From Rhina ancylostomus (lineage: Eukaryota): a stretch of 64,000 bases of DNA. The notes below the pieces were generated by a model. That model ran no database searches. It saw nothing but the letters and a program-made list of their open reading frames with translations, and was not told the DNA's origin. Below are positions 1 through 11,044 of this stretch, piece by piece; the first letter of the stretch is position 1, and every line of letters starts with the position of its first letter. Made by a program: the position numbers and the translations under genes. The stretch covers positions 37,574,276 through 37,638,275 of the forward strand of contig JARFYF010000119.1 in assembly GCA_030265395.1 (NCBI GenBank). The letters run 5' to 3'.

Positions 1-190
1 AAAAGGTCTCTGACTGTCCACTCGATCTATGCCTCTTATCATCTTGTACACCTCTATCAAGTCCCCTCTCGTCCTTCTCTCCAAAGGGAAAAGCCCTAGC
101 TCACTCAACCTATCCTCATAAGACATGCTCTCCAGTCCAGGCAACATCCTGATAAATCTCCTCTGCACCCTCTCTAAAGCTTCCACATCC
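1..190 (-). mobile_element. CR1-clade LINE, ORF2 3' fragment
   Basis: The reverse complement reads as the CR1 ORF2 C-terminus (LERVQRRFIRMLPGLESMSYEDRLSELGLF...RGDLIEVYKMIRGIDRV). Confidence 0.85.
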
Positions 191-429
191 TGAGCTGCCT
201 CCCACAAAACTGGTTCAGGGTCTCTCTGGAAGTTGATTCCACTGGGCTAAGGGGTTAAAAATGTCAGCACCTGGAATGAAATCAGTGACCATTGAAAGTC
301 TTCTCATTGTACCAGATAATCCAGCACACAGGTCTTCGGAAATATTTCCTTACTAACAAGACAATAAGTTTGACTTCCAATAATTTAAATAAAAAGCTAC
401 TAACATTTTACTTGAGGAAAACGATAGAG

Positions 430-720
430 CCATAGAGTCATAGAGTAAGGAAAGCCCTTCACCCCAAGGCATCTATGCTGATCATCAAGCACCCATTTTA
501 TCACCCCCCCCCTCATTGGCCTCAACTCATCCCACATTCTACCACTAACCTCGGGCGAATTTACAGTGGAAAATTAAACTACAAAGCCACATGTCTTTGG
601 AATGTGGGAGGAAACCAGAGCACCTGGAGGATATCTATATGGTCACAATGAGAACATGCAAATTCCACACAGACAGCATCAGAGGTCAGTATTAAACCTG
701 GGTTGCTGGAGCTGTGAGGC
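430..720 (-). mobile_element. tRNA-derived SINE (HE1/V-domain type)
   Basis: Contains the reversed V-domain core ggaatgtgggaggaaaccagagcacctggagg...tccacacagacagc...ggagctgtgaggc. A catagag-repeat tail lies at about 430-445. Confidence 0.75.
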
Positions 721-859
721 TGGAAAGACCACAGTGCAGCCCTAGAAGGCTTGTCAGGAAGATCCTCTTAATTCTTAGGTCAATTGCATAAAGGGTGTTG
801 AAAGAATACATTCGGATGTAGATTTACATATACGCTTTATTTTCTTAGGAGGATAAGGT

Positions 860-1615
860 GGCCCAGCATGTCAACCAAACACGCAAACAAACTTCTACAG
901 ATATACTGTTGAAAATATCTTGACTGGTTGCATCGTGGTCTGGTAAGATATTTTGAATGTGCAGGAATGTGAGCAGCTGCGGAGAGTAGTGGACTCAGCC
1001 CAATACGTTACCTGGCACATCCCTCCCCACTATGTACAGTCGTCTCAGGGTTTGCGGAATCTTGGTAGCCAGTGGTGATATTCACTTCTTGTTTAATAGT
1101 TTATTGGCCACCTTGGTGGCTTTAACAGAAGTTTCTTTCTTAGTAACTGACTTGATCACACCAACAGCCACCGCCTGTCTTATACCATGGATAGCAAAGC
1201 AACCATTGGCAGTATCTACAGGAGGCACTGCTTCAAGAAAGCAACATCTATCATCAAAGATCCCCACCATCCAGGCCATCTCATCTTCTCACCATCAGGC
1301 AGGAGGTACATAAGCCTGAAGTTCCACACTGCCAGGTTGAATAACAGCTACTTCCCTTCAACCATTCGGTTCTTGAACCAACCTGCACAACCCTAATTGC
1401 CACCTCAGTATAGTAGCACTATGATCATTTTGCACTACGATGCACTGTATTTTTCTGTTCTAATTGTGTTCATTCTTGTATAATTTCTGTATAATTTATG
1501 CTTTTCTTGTGAATATTGTGTATTTGATGCCATGTGATGCTGCTGCAAGTAAATTTTTCCTTGCAACTGTACATACATGTACGTGTGCACATGACAATAA
1601 ACTCGACTTTGACTA
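860..1615 (+). mobile_element. Rex/Babar-like LINE 3' fragment, interrupted by an insertion at 1031-1204
   Basis: Decayed ORF2 C-terminus (NFYRYTVENILTGCIVVW...IIKDPHHPGH...SGRRYISLKFHTARLNNSYFPSTIRFLN), ending gtgcacatgacaataaactcgactttgact. Confidence 0.75.
1031..1204 (-). pseudogene. Elongation factor 1-alpha (EEF1A-like) C-terminal fragment with a short 3' UTR
   Basis: The minus strand gives GCFAIHGIRQAVAVGVIKSVTKKETSVKATKVANKLLNKK*, matching the EF1A C-terminus GRFAVRDMRQTVAVGVIK.V.KK. Two changes (CGC>TGC, CGT>CAT) look like CpG decay. The stop is at 1082-1084. Confidence 0.8.
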
Positions 1616-2415
1616 GCTTAACGCCAGTTTCAGACACTGCCTAAAACAGTTTCATCCTCTTGGCAGCCACTCACCTCAGCAATAGAATATGCGCATTACA
1701 CTCAGCATAGTAGCCCATTTCGTGCCCATTTTAAACCCATAAAGTGAGTGCAGTACAGTCCATTTTCTCAGACCTTTGAGACTCATATAAATGCTGGTTT
1801 CTGCGATAATTGGCTGAAGTGATTATAATTAACAGGATAGTTGGCAATTAGCAGAACATGCTCCTTGTAAGCACTGACCATCCAGCCCACTCACCAAGTG
1901 GTGCTAAAATTGCTAGATGATTTTTCTTCTCTTTATAAGTAAAAATATATTAAACCAGCCAACTGCTTACTATTCCTGAGAGGCTGAAGAAAACAAAGGA
2001 AGTGAGTGGATTCTGTACAATGATTGAAGCTGTTGCTGTATTTGCTTTTCTTTGAAAAACAATGTTTTCTAGGAGGCAATCGCAAAATGCTTACATCATT
2101 GTTTGCAGAGATTATGTATGAGTTTATGTGCCAACATTATTTCTTGCTTCCTCCCTTCCCTCATTTAGGGCTGTCAGGATTGTACTCAGCTATCTCTTAT
2201 GCTGACATATTCAGGAATATACTGAGATCAATATTTCAACTCCCCGGCACCCCACCACCTTGCCCCCNNNNNNNNNNNNNNNNNNNNNNNNNNNNNNNNN
2301 NNNNNNNNNNNNNNNNNNNNNNNNNNNNNNNNNNNNNNNNNNNNNNNNNNNNNNNNNNNNNNNNNNNCTTTCTCTTTTTTTTTCTCTTTTGTTTTTTTTA
2401 TTTCTTTAAATGCAG

Positions 2416-2584
2416 TCTTGCTTTTTGCACTGTGATTGCATGTTGGTATCACCCTTCATGATGATGTCACATGGCTTGTTGCTGTGATACCTGCCACGCC
2501 TGCAATCCACACCACATGTTGCCATGGTCACCATAACGCTACACCCTTCCCGTTTGTTGCTACCATGGTGTCCCCTACTGAAAG
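2416..2584 (+). promoter_or_regulatory. AG-exclusion zone and candidate splicing regulatory element upstream of the MBNL exon
   Basis: No AG dinucleotide from 2416 to 2582. Contains seven YGCY motifs and one TGCATG (2437-2442). Confidence 0.65.
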
Positions 2585-2673
2585 TACCCATGATGCACGG
2601 CGCTACGCCTACCACTGTGTCTGCAACAACAACACCTGCCACCAACGTTCCCTTCGCAGCAACAGCCAATCAG
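2585..2673 (+). CDS. mbnl3: Muscleblind-like protein, internal coding exon near the C-terminus (89 nt)
   Basis: Bounded by aaag| and |gtttgg. Translates as (V)PMMHGATPTTVSATTTPATNVPFAATANQ, matching the MBNL C-terminal exon; HGATPTTVS is most like MBNL3. Confidence 0.92.
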
Positions 2674-3020
2674 GTTTGGCTCTTTAAATAGCTTTTATTT
2701 GACATTTCTTGCTCCAAGTGAGTTGTTGCTTTAAAATCAGCACAGATTTCAAAGTCTTTCTGTTTTGTTAAGTTTAAATCAAGGAAAGTTGTTTTAAGTC
2801 GAGTATTCTTCAGTCGCAACTTCAGTGTGTGTTACAATCTGGATGTAGCTATGCATAATTTTAGTGACATTACTTTTCCCTTACTTTAAAGCTGTCAGTT
2901 AATTCATTCACTGCATACAGCTGTTTATGTAATGTCAGTGCTAGCATGTGAATGTTAATATATTCAGGATAAGTTGTTTATAAAAGATAAAATTTTAATC
3001 TGAAATCTCTTCCACCTTAG

Positions 3021-3077
3021 ATGCCCATTTTATCAATAGATGAACTCAGTAGCAGCATGTTTGTTACACAGATGTAG
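3021..3077 (+). CDS. mbnl3: Muscleblind-like protein, stop-containing exon (exon 3021-3094)
   Basis: Acceptor tctcttccaccttag|, then MPILSIDELSSSMFVTQM*, in frame after ...ANQ and resembling the MBNL3 terminus IPQLSIDELNSSMFVSQM. Donor |gtaagt at 3095. Confidence 0.9.
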   Translation: MPILSIDELSSSMFVTQM

Positions 3078-3111
3078 ACCTTACGAATAGAACAGTAAGT
3101 TTCTTTCAATT

Positions 3112-3355
3112 ACTAATACAAACTAATTAGAACTTATGTCAGTACCTAAAAAATTATCGTTTCATTCTTTCTGACAAAACCAAGTCATTTAGCTGAAGTG
3201 ATGTTGATGATGAGAATTCATGTCACAATGGTTCATTCTAGAACTCACTTTTTAATCATATTAATGTGGTTTTAAACATGGAATCTGGCATGTTAACCAG
3301 TTGCATGCAGTTTGTATTTTTAATTGGCTGATATTGTATCATTGCTAAGCATGGA
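3112..3355 (+). promoter_or_regulatory. Candidate intronic splicing enhancer (QKI and RBFOX motifs)
   Basis: ACTAAT at 3112 and 3122, TGCATG at 3302, and further GCATG near 3288 and 3349, all just downstream of the 5' splice site. Confidence 0.45.
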
Positions 3356-3582
3356 TTATATTGATGTGAACTGTATTGTTCTGAAGTAATTGTGTATACT
3401 GTGCTTGGAACACATGTTGTTGCTCAGGGGAAACATTACTCTCTGCAAGAACCTGGATGGAAGTGTTCGGAAGTTTAAAAAAAAGTTTAAAAAAAATACA
3501 CTTTAGCTAACTTCACCTAAAAATTCCTCCCATGTACTGTTTAAACGTCTGCATTAAAACAGCACAGGAAATAAAAAAAAAC

Positions 3583-3760
3583 AACTGCTGATGCCGGAAA
3601 TCCAAAACAGAAAGAGAAAATGCTTGGAACAGTCAGGTCAGACGGCATCTATGTAGAGAGAAACAGAGCCAACGTTTCATCAGAACATGAAGAAGGGTCT
3701 TCAACCTGAATCATTCACTGTGTTTCTCTTTCCACAGATGCCTCACCCATTGAGCATTTT
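3583..3760. mobile_element. Penelope-derived terminal repeat remnant, palindromic
   Basis: ggcatctatgtagagagaaacagag...ctgtgtttctctttccacagatgcc form inverted arms around a decayed tgaagaagggtcttcaacctgaa motif. Confidence 0.6.
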
Positions 3761-4189
3761 CATCTAAAGCAGTACAGGGTGTGGTTTAATGCATTATCAA
3801 ACATCATTGGCTACTGTCACTACTCTCTGATCTGTAAATGTGTTTCTGTAGTTGTTAAGACAAAGGACCAAAAGGCTGGAATATTAATTTCTCTTACCAT
3901 TCAACATTAAATAACCATGAATTAAAGAGAAACAAAAATAATCAGTGGAAATAAAAATCAGATGATTCCTTCGATCTGCTCCACAACTTTGAAAATTTAC
4001 CCTATTTTGTTCTTGAGCAATAAAACTTCATTCATGTTTGCAACACCTTTCCATGTCTCCTGCTTCCAGAGTATCACCCCTCTTGTTTCACAGCTTAATC
4101 TGATGTTGTGATTTCCTGTATTATGTAATAATTAATTTACCCAATAAGGGTACTTTATTGAAAATCAAAAAAAAGATGAAAAGCATTTT

Positions 4190-4300
4190 CTAGAAATCTG
4201 AAATAAAAACAAAAATTGCTGGAAACACTCAGCAGATCAGGCACTTCCAATGAAGGGTCTTCAACCAGAACATTAACTATGCTTATCTTTCTGCATTGGC
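4190..4300. mobile_element. Penelope-derived terminal remnant
   Basis: tgctggaaacactcagcagatcaggca followed by atgaagggtcttcaaccagaacattaact. Confidence 0.55.
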
Positions 4301-4399
4301 TACTTCATTGTTCAAAGCCAGAAGGATTCAATTATTCAGTTGTGTAATTATTTCACATTTCAATAATACTTTTCTATCCTTAGTTAAAGAGAAAAAATA

Positions 4400-4890
4400 T
4401 TTACATCAAAATACCACCTTTCAGGATGCCCATAAGTGCTTTATAAGCAATTAAGTGCTGTAAAAGCAGCCTCTGTTAATATAAGAGGTGCGGCTGCCAA
4501 AGTGTACATAGAAAGATCCCACATCTAATTAAGTAAATTTTTTTCAGTGATATTATTTGAGATTTAAATATTGGCCAAGCCAACAAGGGAATTTGTTTAA
4601 CCTGGTATCAGTGATGATGATCTCAGAGCTATTGAGATTTTGCATTTAGAAAACTTCTTGGTTCAGGTTCAAATTAAGATGAGCAGTAAATACCACTGTA
4701 GCCAGTGAACAAATAACGAAAAAGACAGGGGTTCAGTTTAACACGTGATCTAAATGATGGAACCTCTGATGTTGCTGCACTCCTTCAGCACTGTACTGAG
4801 AGTGCTAGATTAAGTTGTGAGCTTGCAGGAAGTTTGAATTGGCAACCTTATGACCAAGGGCCAAATTGCTAGCAATGAGCCAAGGTTGAT
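4400..4890 (-). mobile_element. Deu-domain SINE (SacSINE1-like), decayed
   Basis: Reversed Deu-domain and head motifs: gcggctgccaaagtgtacatagaaagatcccaca; gaacctctgatgttgctgcactccttcagcactg; caatgagccaagg. Confidence 0.6.
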
Positions 4891-5037
4891 CCCTTGCTTA
4901 AGCACGTTATTTGTGATTCATTCTAGTGCAGGTAAATATAAAGTGAGTTAATTAAATAAATGGCCAGGACAAAAAAAATTGAAGTGTTTCAATAGCAAAG
5001 TGACCCCAAGCCCTGCATATCTTGGGCTTCAGACTTG

Positions 5038-5290
5038 TGGCACTGTGTTCCAGCAGGTAGTGCAGCTGCCTCACAGCTCCAGTGACCCTGATTCAATCTT
5101 GATCCCTGTGTCCCTTCAGATGGTTCAACTTGCTCCCATCTCCCAAAGATGTGTTGGTAGGTTCACTGGCCAGTACAAATGCTCGCTGGTGCTGTTATGT
5201 GTGAGAGAATTAGACGGCAGTTAATGGAGATGTGAGAGAGAAGACATTGCTCAGAAAGAAGTGGGGTGAATGGGACGGATAGGATTGATG
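5038..5290 (+). mobile_element. tRNA-derived SINE (HE1/V type), decayed
   Basis: Head gctgcctcacagctccagtgaccctgattcaatcttga and core cccatctcccaaagatgtgttggtaggtt. Confidence 0.65.
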
Positions 5291-5519
5291 ATGATTCCAT
5301 TAAACTTCACCCCCTTAACTTCCCCTGTCAAATTTTAAACAAACTTTCATGCATCTATTCTAATGTTGTTCTGTGTGGCCCAGTGGCAGTTTTTCTTTGA
5401 TAATTATTTTGAAAGGCATTTTGGATATATGAGACATGTGGGATGTTTTAATGTTAAAGTTACATTATAAGTGCAAGCTGCTGTTGTCATTGCCATAAAT
5501 CAATAATGTTTCTTTACAA

Positions 5520-6060
5520 ACCACACTCCTTTCAAGGTACTTTCCCCTTGCAATCACAGAAGATGTAACACCTATGCTTTTATCTCCTTGTGCTGCCCAG
5601 AGTCCAAACAGTCTTTCTGGGTGGAGTAGCAATTCACTTGCATTTCTTCCAATTTAGTGTACAGAATTCAGTGCTCATGATGTGGTTCCACTGGAGAAAC
5701 CAAGCACAGACTAGGTAAACACCTCTGTTCAGTCCAAAAGGGTGATTTTGGGTTTGCATTAGTCTTTCTATTTAATTCTCCATCCCCTTCCCACTCTGTC
5801 CTCTCCGTGGTCCTTCACCGTTCCAATGAAGCCCTCATCCTTCATCGAGGCATATTGCAGCCCTCAGGACTCAGTACTGTTGAATTCAACAACACTGAAT
5901 TCAACAACCTCAGACAGTTTACATTCTTGTTAGTGTCAGAATGACTGAAGGTCATCCACCTATAATAATAACTCAGTTTTTTCACTCCTCAGATGCTATT
6001 TGATCTGCTAAGTGTTTCCAGCATTTTCTTTTACTTCAGATTTTCAACAACTGCTGTATT
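5520..6060 (+). mobile_element. Penelope-like element, GIY-YIG endonuclease remnant plus terminal repeat
   Basis: Frameshifted peptide pieces PCNHRRCNT, QFTCISSNLVYRIQCS, GETKHRLG, FNSPS and LQPSGL...EFNN are typical of vertebrate Penelope C-termini. A terminal-repeat remnant follows. Confidence 0.75.
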
Positions 6061-6199
6061 CTACATCCCAGAGTCTCAGTATTTTTTTCTCTCTCATTCA
6101 TCTCCTTCTAATTATACTCCTTTGGAGATCAGCAATGATTAATAAACACTCATCACCCTCTCTTAGTGCATTTATGTCATCTGGACAGTCTGAGTCTCC

Positions 6200-6470
6200 A
6201 CCCTATTACAGACATTCCCTTTGTTCTCCCCACCAACCCCCCCCCATACAATTTAAATGTACTTGTTTTTCCATGTTTCCAGCTTTGATGAAGGTCAACA
6301 AGCTGAAACATTAACTCTGTTTCTCTCTCCACAGTTGCTGCCTGAGCTGTTGAATATCATGTTTTTGTTTCCGTAAATAAGGACTGATGCACGGTCTCGA
6401 TCTGAAACGCCCACTATTCCTTTGCTTAACCTGCTGAGATTCTCCAGCAATTTTTTTGCTGCCAGTTCCA
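6200..6470 (+). mobile_element. Two tandem Penelope-derived termini
   Basis: ttgatgaaggtcaacaagctgaaacattaactctgtttctctctccacag (about 6286) and ctgatgcacggtctcgatctgaaacg...cctgctgagattctccagca (about 6384). Confidence 0.65.
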
Positions 6471-6799
6471 GCAAAAGACTCTCTCTTGTGTCTCCATCTT
6501 TACCATGATCCTTTGCTTTGTGCCTCAAAACCAATTGATTACCCATGCTGTCACGAACCCTTTTTTTGATGAGTTTTAGTTCTGCAAACAGGCCATTTAA
6601 TGGCATTAGTCAAGTGTCTTCCAAAAATCCCTACTTATCATATCTAACACATTATCTTCATAAACTCTCCACGACATCAAAGAGTAGACACAGTTTTAAG
6701 CACTTGCGCCCTACACAGACTATATAAGACAAAAAGCAGCATCTCTTTCCCCTGGAAACTTTAAAGTCTTGAAACATAATGGAGAATGCCTTCACCTGC

Positions 6800-6970
6800 T
6801 AATTCCCCTCCAAGTCACACACCATTGCTGACTTGGAAATACATCATGACTGGGAGTGCTTTCATCATAGGGACTGCAGCGGTTCAAGAAGGCAGCATTC
6901 CACCAGTTTCTCAAACACAGTCAGGGTGGGGTTTAATGACGGCTATGTGAACAACACCTACATCCTACAT
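6800..6970 (+). mobile_element. LINE 3' tail fragment (CR1/L2-like)
   Basis: ctgacttggaaata...ggactgcagcggttcaagaaggcagc...ttctcaa. A related reversed piece lies at about 9255-9420. Confidence 0.5.
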
Positions 6971-7489
6971 GTCAACAGAAAAGATCTTGAATGCTCCCAA
7001 TATGTTTAACTAAAGTCATCAGTAGGATGTAATTCAAAATTTCATTCATTTTGTAAAATTAAGTTGGGTCATCTCTAAGTCTTTGCTGATCTAAAATGAA
7101 TGTACCCAGTCTTTAAGCCTGAGTCTTAAGCTGGCAATTAATCTTGAGGTTCCCCTTTTGAAGTTCTATTCAAGATTTAGCATGAGGGAATCAAAGCAGT
7201 GCATAGTAGAATATAAGCAGATGAACCAAGGACCCGGAAAGTTTAAGTCCACTGATTTATACTGAATAGATATAGTAATATTCTATCAACAAAATATAAT
7301 ACCTTGTTTGCTACCTGGGGCTTAAGGAATTCCTTCCCTACATTTCACCACTAACTCTATTCCCTCAGGATACTCATTAAAATGAGCTCTTTAAGCAAAC
7401 TCTTGGTCACTCAGTCAAGCTCTCAGTCAAGTTCTATTTCATGATGTTCACATGAAGTGATGGAGTGCTTTTCACTAAAGGTGTTGATA

Positions 7490-7700
7490 CTTTAGATGTG
7501 GCTTCTTCGGATAGGGCATGAACATTGAGTGTACAATAACATGTTGATATGTTGCACTCTGTCTTTTCTCACAGTTCCAGTACTGGTCAGTGTAAACTGT
7601 TGGTATATTCTGTGGTGTTCTCAATGCTTGCATCATTCTATATTTGTCTAGGTAAAATGCCATCTGCCATTGTTTGCCAAACTTCTGCAGTACAGTCAAA
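7490..7700 (-). mobile_element. Old LINE reverse-transcriptase C-terminal fragment
   Basis: The ORF-track peptide LQKFGKQWQMAFYLDKYRMM resembles the L..W...WQM.F...KC..M motif of CR1/L2-group ORF2. Confidence 0.45.
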
Positions 7701-8879
7701 CCTTATTGCAGAAGATTATATTTAGTTTCATATTTCACATGTAGTTTTGTATCATATCCAAATTTTCTCACCATACTCCAGAAAACATTATACAGATTGT
7801 TAAGGAAAAGAGTGAAATGGTTTGAGCTCATTTTTTTTGGCAAGAAAAATCTCTATGTTAGATACAAATGACCCACTGGCATTGCATAAAAGTTTAGCTC
7901 CCACTCCTTGAAAGTTATACTGAAGTAGAAGCAAATAGTCATTATCTTTTCATAACTACATTACATTAATGGCCATTAGCCATCCATAAAACACTGACCT
8001 GCTTGATTGACTGAAAGGGTAGCCAGAATTGGCAATGTGATAAGGGCAAATTATTCCAACCACTTCATTGTGCTCACCTAAGGAACTCATACCTTGTTAA
8101 GTCCTCTCCAGCCAAACTGTCTACTCTTCTGTAGTGATCGCATTTTCTTTGAGAAATACTCCATGGAAACTTGGATGCTAAATTTCTCAGCTTCCAAGCT
8201 GTTTCCAACAATACAAATAAAAGTTAAAAAAAATTGATAGGCACACTAGTTAATGCCTTTACTGTAACTTCAGGTTAATATAAGCAATGCCATTGTAGAT
8301 CTGCTCCCTTGTTACTTTTACAAAGAAGTTTGGTGCAATTGTAGGGAGTCCTTGAAGAACAATTATACAGCTAGAACCCAACATTCGTGGATCAAGGTTT
8401 TCTTAAAAGGCAAGAGATTTAACACTTAACCAATCTGTTGCAGGCTTTATTAGTTAACAGTGCAGGAGACTGCAGTTGCTATTCCATACTTCACAACACT
8501 TTTAACAAGTTTTTACAACAGAAATAAATGGCTATGAGTATGAATCAGATGACAAAAAGCAAATTGCCATGCTAGGTATGAAATAAATAGAATGAAAATC
8601 AGGTGGGTTCTATAAAGAGAGAGTGATTCACTTTGCTGGATTATTATCTAGGTGATGAAGATATATAACTCGAAAAGTGTCTTCGCACATCAGAAGATGA
8701 GGCACTAAGGTAAAACTTGCAAACAAAAAAATGTTTGAAGTTTCTTCCTGGCCTTTAAATAGTAATCTAGCAAAACCGTCAATTATTATTCTTTACTTCA
8801 TAATTAACCCGACTCAACTGGACACTCACAATTTCTCCTGACTTTGAGCGGTCATACTGAGTGAGAGCTGCATTGCCCG

Positions 8880-9145
8880 TGCTACCATCATGAGGCAATA
8901 AGATGCCAAATGGAGGTGCCCTCTCATTACTCCATGACATTATTTGAAAAAAGTATAAAGTGTCCTGGTCAACAGTTATCTCTCAACCAGAGCAGATTGT
9001 TTGCTCATTAGCTCGTTGCTGGATGCTGTACCTTGTGTGTAAATTGGCCCATAATGATAGATGTGATATCATGTCAATGATGCTTCTTTGGGTGTAAAGC
9101 ACCTTAAAACATCTCAACATTGCGCAAGGTGCTATAAAAATGAGC
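8880..9145 (+). mobile_element. Deu-domain SINE, decayed
   Basis: gtcctggtcaacagttatctctcaacc...ttgtgtgtaaattggc...tgtaaagcacctt...aaggtgctataaaaatg. Confidence 0.55.
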
Positions 9146-10599
9146 ACATTATTTTAAATTCCTCAGGCAGCATGTCCTAGAACCAATTTTGTTACTTATT
9201 TAAACTTTTGTCCATGGAGTATAAATAATGATAACAAGGTTTCACTTACTGCTTGTTTGGTAGTCCTGAGGTGATAATGGTGGACCTTATCCCTTCTGCC
9301 GTCCCTGTGAAGATGATGCTCCTACGATATTGTGAGCTAAAAAAAATTACAGGATACCAATGAAAGAGCAGCATTATTATATCCAAGTTGGGATGGTGTG
9401 AGATTTGGCCTGGGAACCCCTTAAGTACTAGGCCCACTTGTCACTAAGTCACCTTGAAGGTAGGGCAGAGAAGAACTAAGCAACTGATCCTAGATGACTA
9501 TATTATAAGCAAAGACTAGAAAACTAGGATCTTTTTAGACTGAAAAGAAAATATCATAGGGGTGACCTATATNNNNNNNNNNNNNNNNNNNNNNNNNNNN
9601 NNNNNNNNNNNNNNNNNNNNNNNNNNNNNNNNNNNNNNNNNNNNNNNNNNNNNNNNNNNNNNNNNNNNNNNNNNNNNNNNNNNNNNNNNNNNNNNNNNNN
9701 NNNNNNNNNNNNNNNNNNNNNNNNNNNNNNNNNNNNNNNNNNNNNNNNNNNNNNNNNNNNNNNNNNNNNNNNNNNNNNNNNNNNNNNNNNNNNNNNNNNN
9801 NNNNNNNNNNNNNNNNNNNNNNNNNNNNNNNNNNNNNNNNNNNNNNNNNNNNNNNNNNNNNNNNNNNNNNNNNNNNNNNNNNNNNNNNNNNNNNNNNNNN
9901 NNNNNNNNNNNNNNNNNNNNNNNNNNNNNNNNNNNNNNNNNNNNNNNNNNNNNNNNNNNNNNNNNNNNNNNNNNNNNNNNNNNNNNNNNNNNNNNNNNNN
10001 NNNNNNNNNNNNNNNNNNNNNNNNNNNNNNNNNNNNNNNNNNNNNNNNNNNNNNNNNNNNNNNNNNNNNNNNNNNNNNNNNNNNNNNNNNNNNNNNNNNN
10101 NNNNNNNNNNNNNNNNNNNNNNNNNNNNNNNNNNNNNNNNNNNNNNNNNNNNNNNNNNNNNNNNNNNNNNNNNNNNNNNNNNNNNNNNNNNNNNNNNNNN
10201 NNNNNNNNNNNNNNNNNNNNNNNNNNNNNNNNNNNNNNNNNNNNNAATCACTTAAAAGAACAGCTGGATATCAGGATAAAGGTATATAGAAATTTGTCCT
10301 TTGTTACTGGCACTAAATGCACACATAGCAGCAGCTGCATGTTGTATTCTGCTTTTGAAGTTAAAGTCAAAGGAAACATATTTTGAAAGCAGAGTACAAT
10401 GTGCAGCCACTACAATATATAGCCATGTAGTTCAAGCAACTAAGGATGAATTTCTACCCTACTGTGCCTTTCTAGATGGATGAACTTAGACAGACTAATG
10501 GCATTGCCTATCTATCTTGAAATCCTCTATTATTCCAATGATACATTACTCAATAACTATCAGCAAAAATAAATATTAGTTCTCAGCATATTATATCCA

Positions 10600-10836
10600 A
10601 GGGGTCTCTATTCAGGATAAAGGGTTGCTTATTTAGCATTGAGGTGAGGAAATTTTTTCTTTGATTGAGGCTTGTGAATGGTCAGCCATATTTAGGATTG
10701 AGATGAATATATTTTTGCACACCAAGAGAATCAAGAAATATGTGGATCAGGAGACAAAATAACAGTCATGATCTCAGTTAATGGCAGAGCAACCTCAGGG
10801 GTCAATATGATTTACTCCTGATTCCATGTTATGTTC
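10600..10836 (+). mobile_element. CR1 LINE 3' end
   Basis: tgaggtgaggaaattttttct...cagtcatgatctcagttaatggcagagcaacctcagggg...ctcctgattccatgttatgttc. Confidence 0.7.
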
Positions 10837-11044
10837 GTACATACCTACCTCTTGTCTATTTATAAATAGCATTAGTCTCAGGAGTGGTTCCTAAGGAACC
10901 ACATCTTCTTCATTTATCATCACCACTTTACGGCCACACAATTTTCAATTTTCTAACAGTTTGCAAGTCACTGCTGTATTTTACTGGCATAATTTTTTTC
11001 CTTCTACGACTGTGTTTTACCATTCTCTGTTATATTTGGCAATG

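Noticed and set aside
2518-2531. RFX-like GTTGCCATGGTCAC in the MBNL intron
   Set aside because: It overlaps a YGCY motif and the RNA stem of the splicing element, and a single imperfect site is unconvincing.
2436-2687. 83-aa ORF over the MBNL exon as a separate protein
   Set aside because: It starts at TTG and runs in a different frame over the real exon. The AG-free zone removes TAG stops, which favours chance ORFs.
4915-4945. tagtgcaggta resembling the 3' half of miR-17/20 family sequences
   Set aside because: No seed (AAAGTGC) in register and no precursor hairpin.
9535-10386. Long ORFs of 238 and 274 aa
   Set aside because: They are made almost entirely of the N-gap. The same applies to other ORFs spanning gaps.
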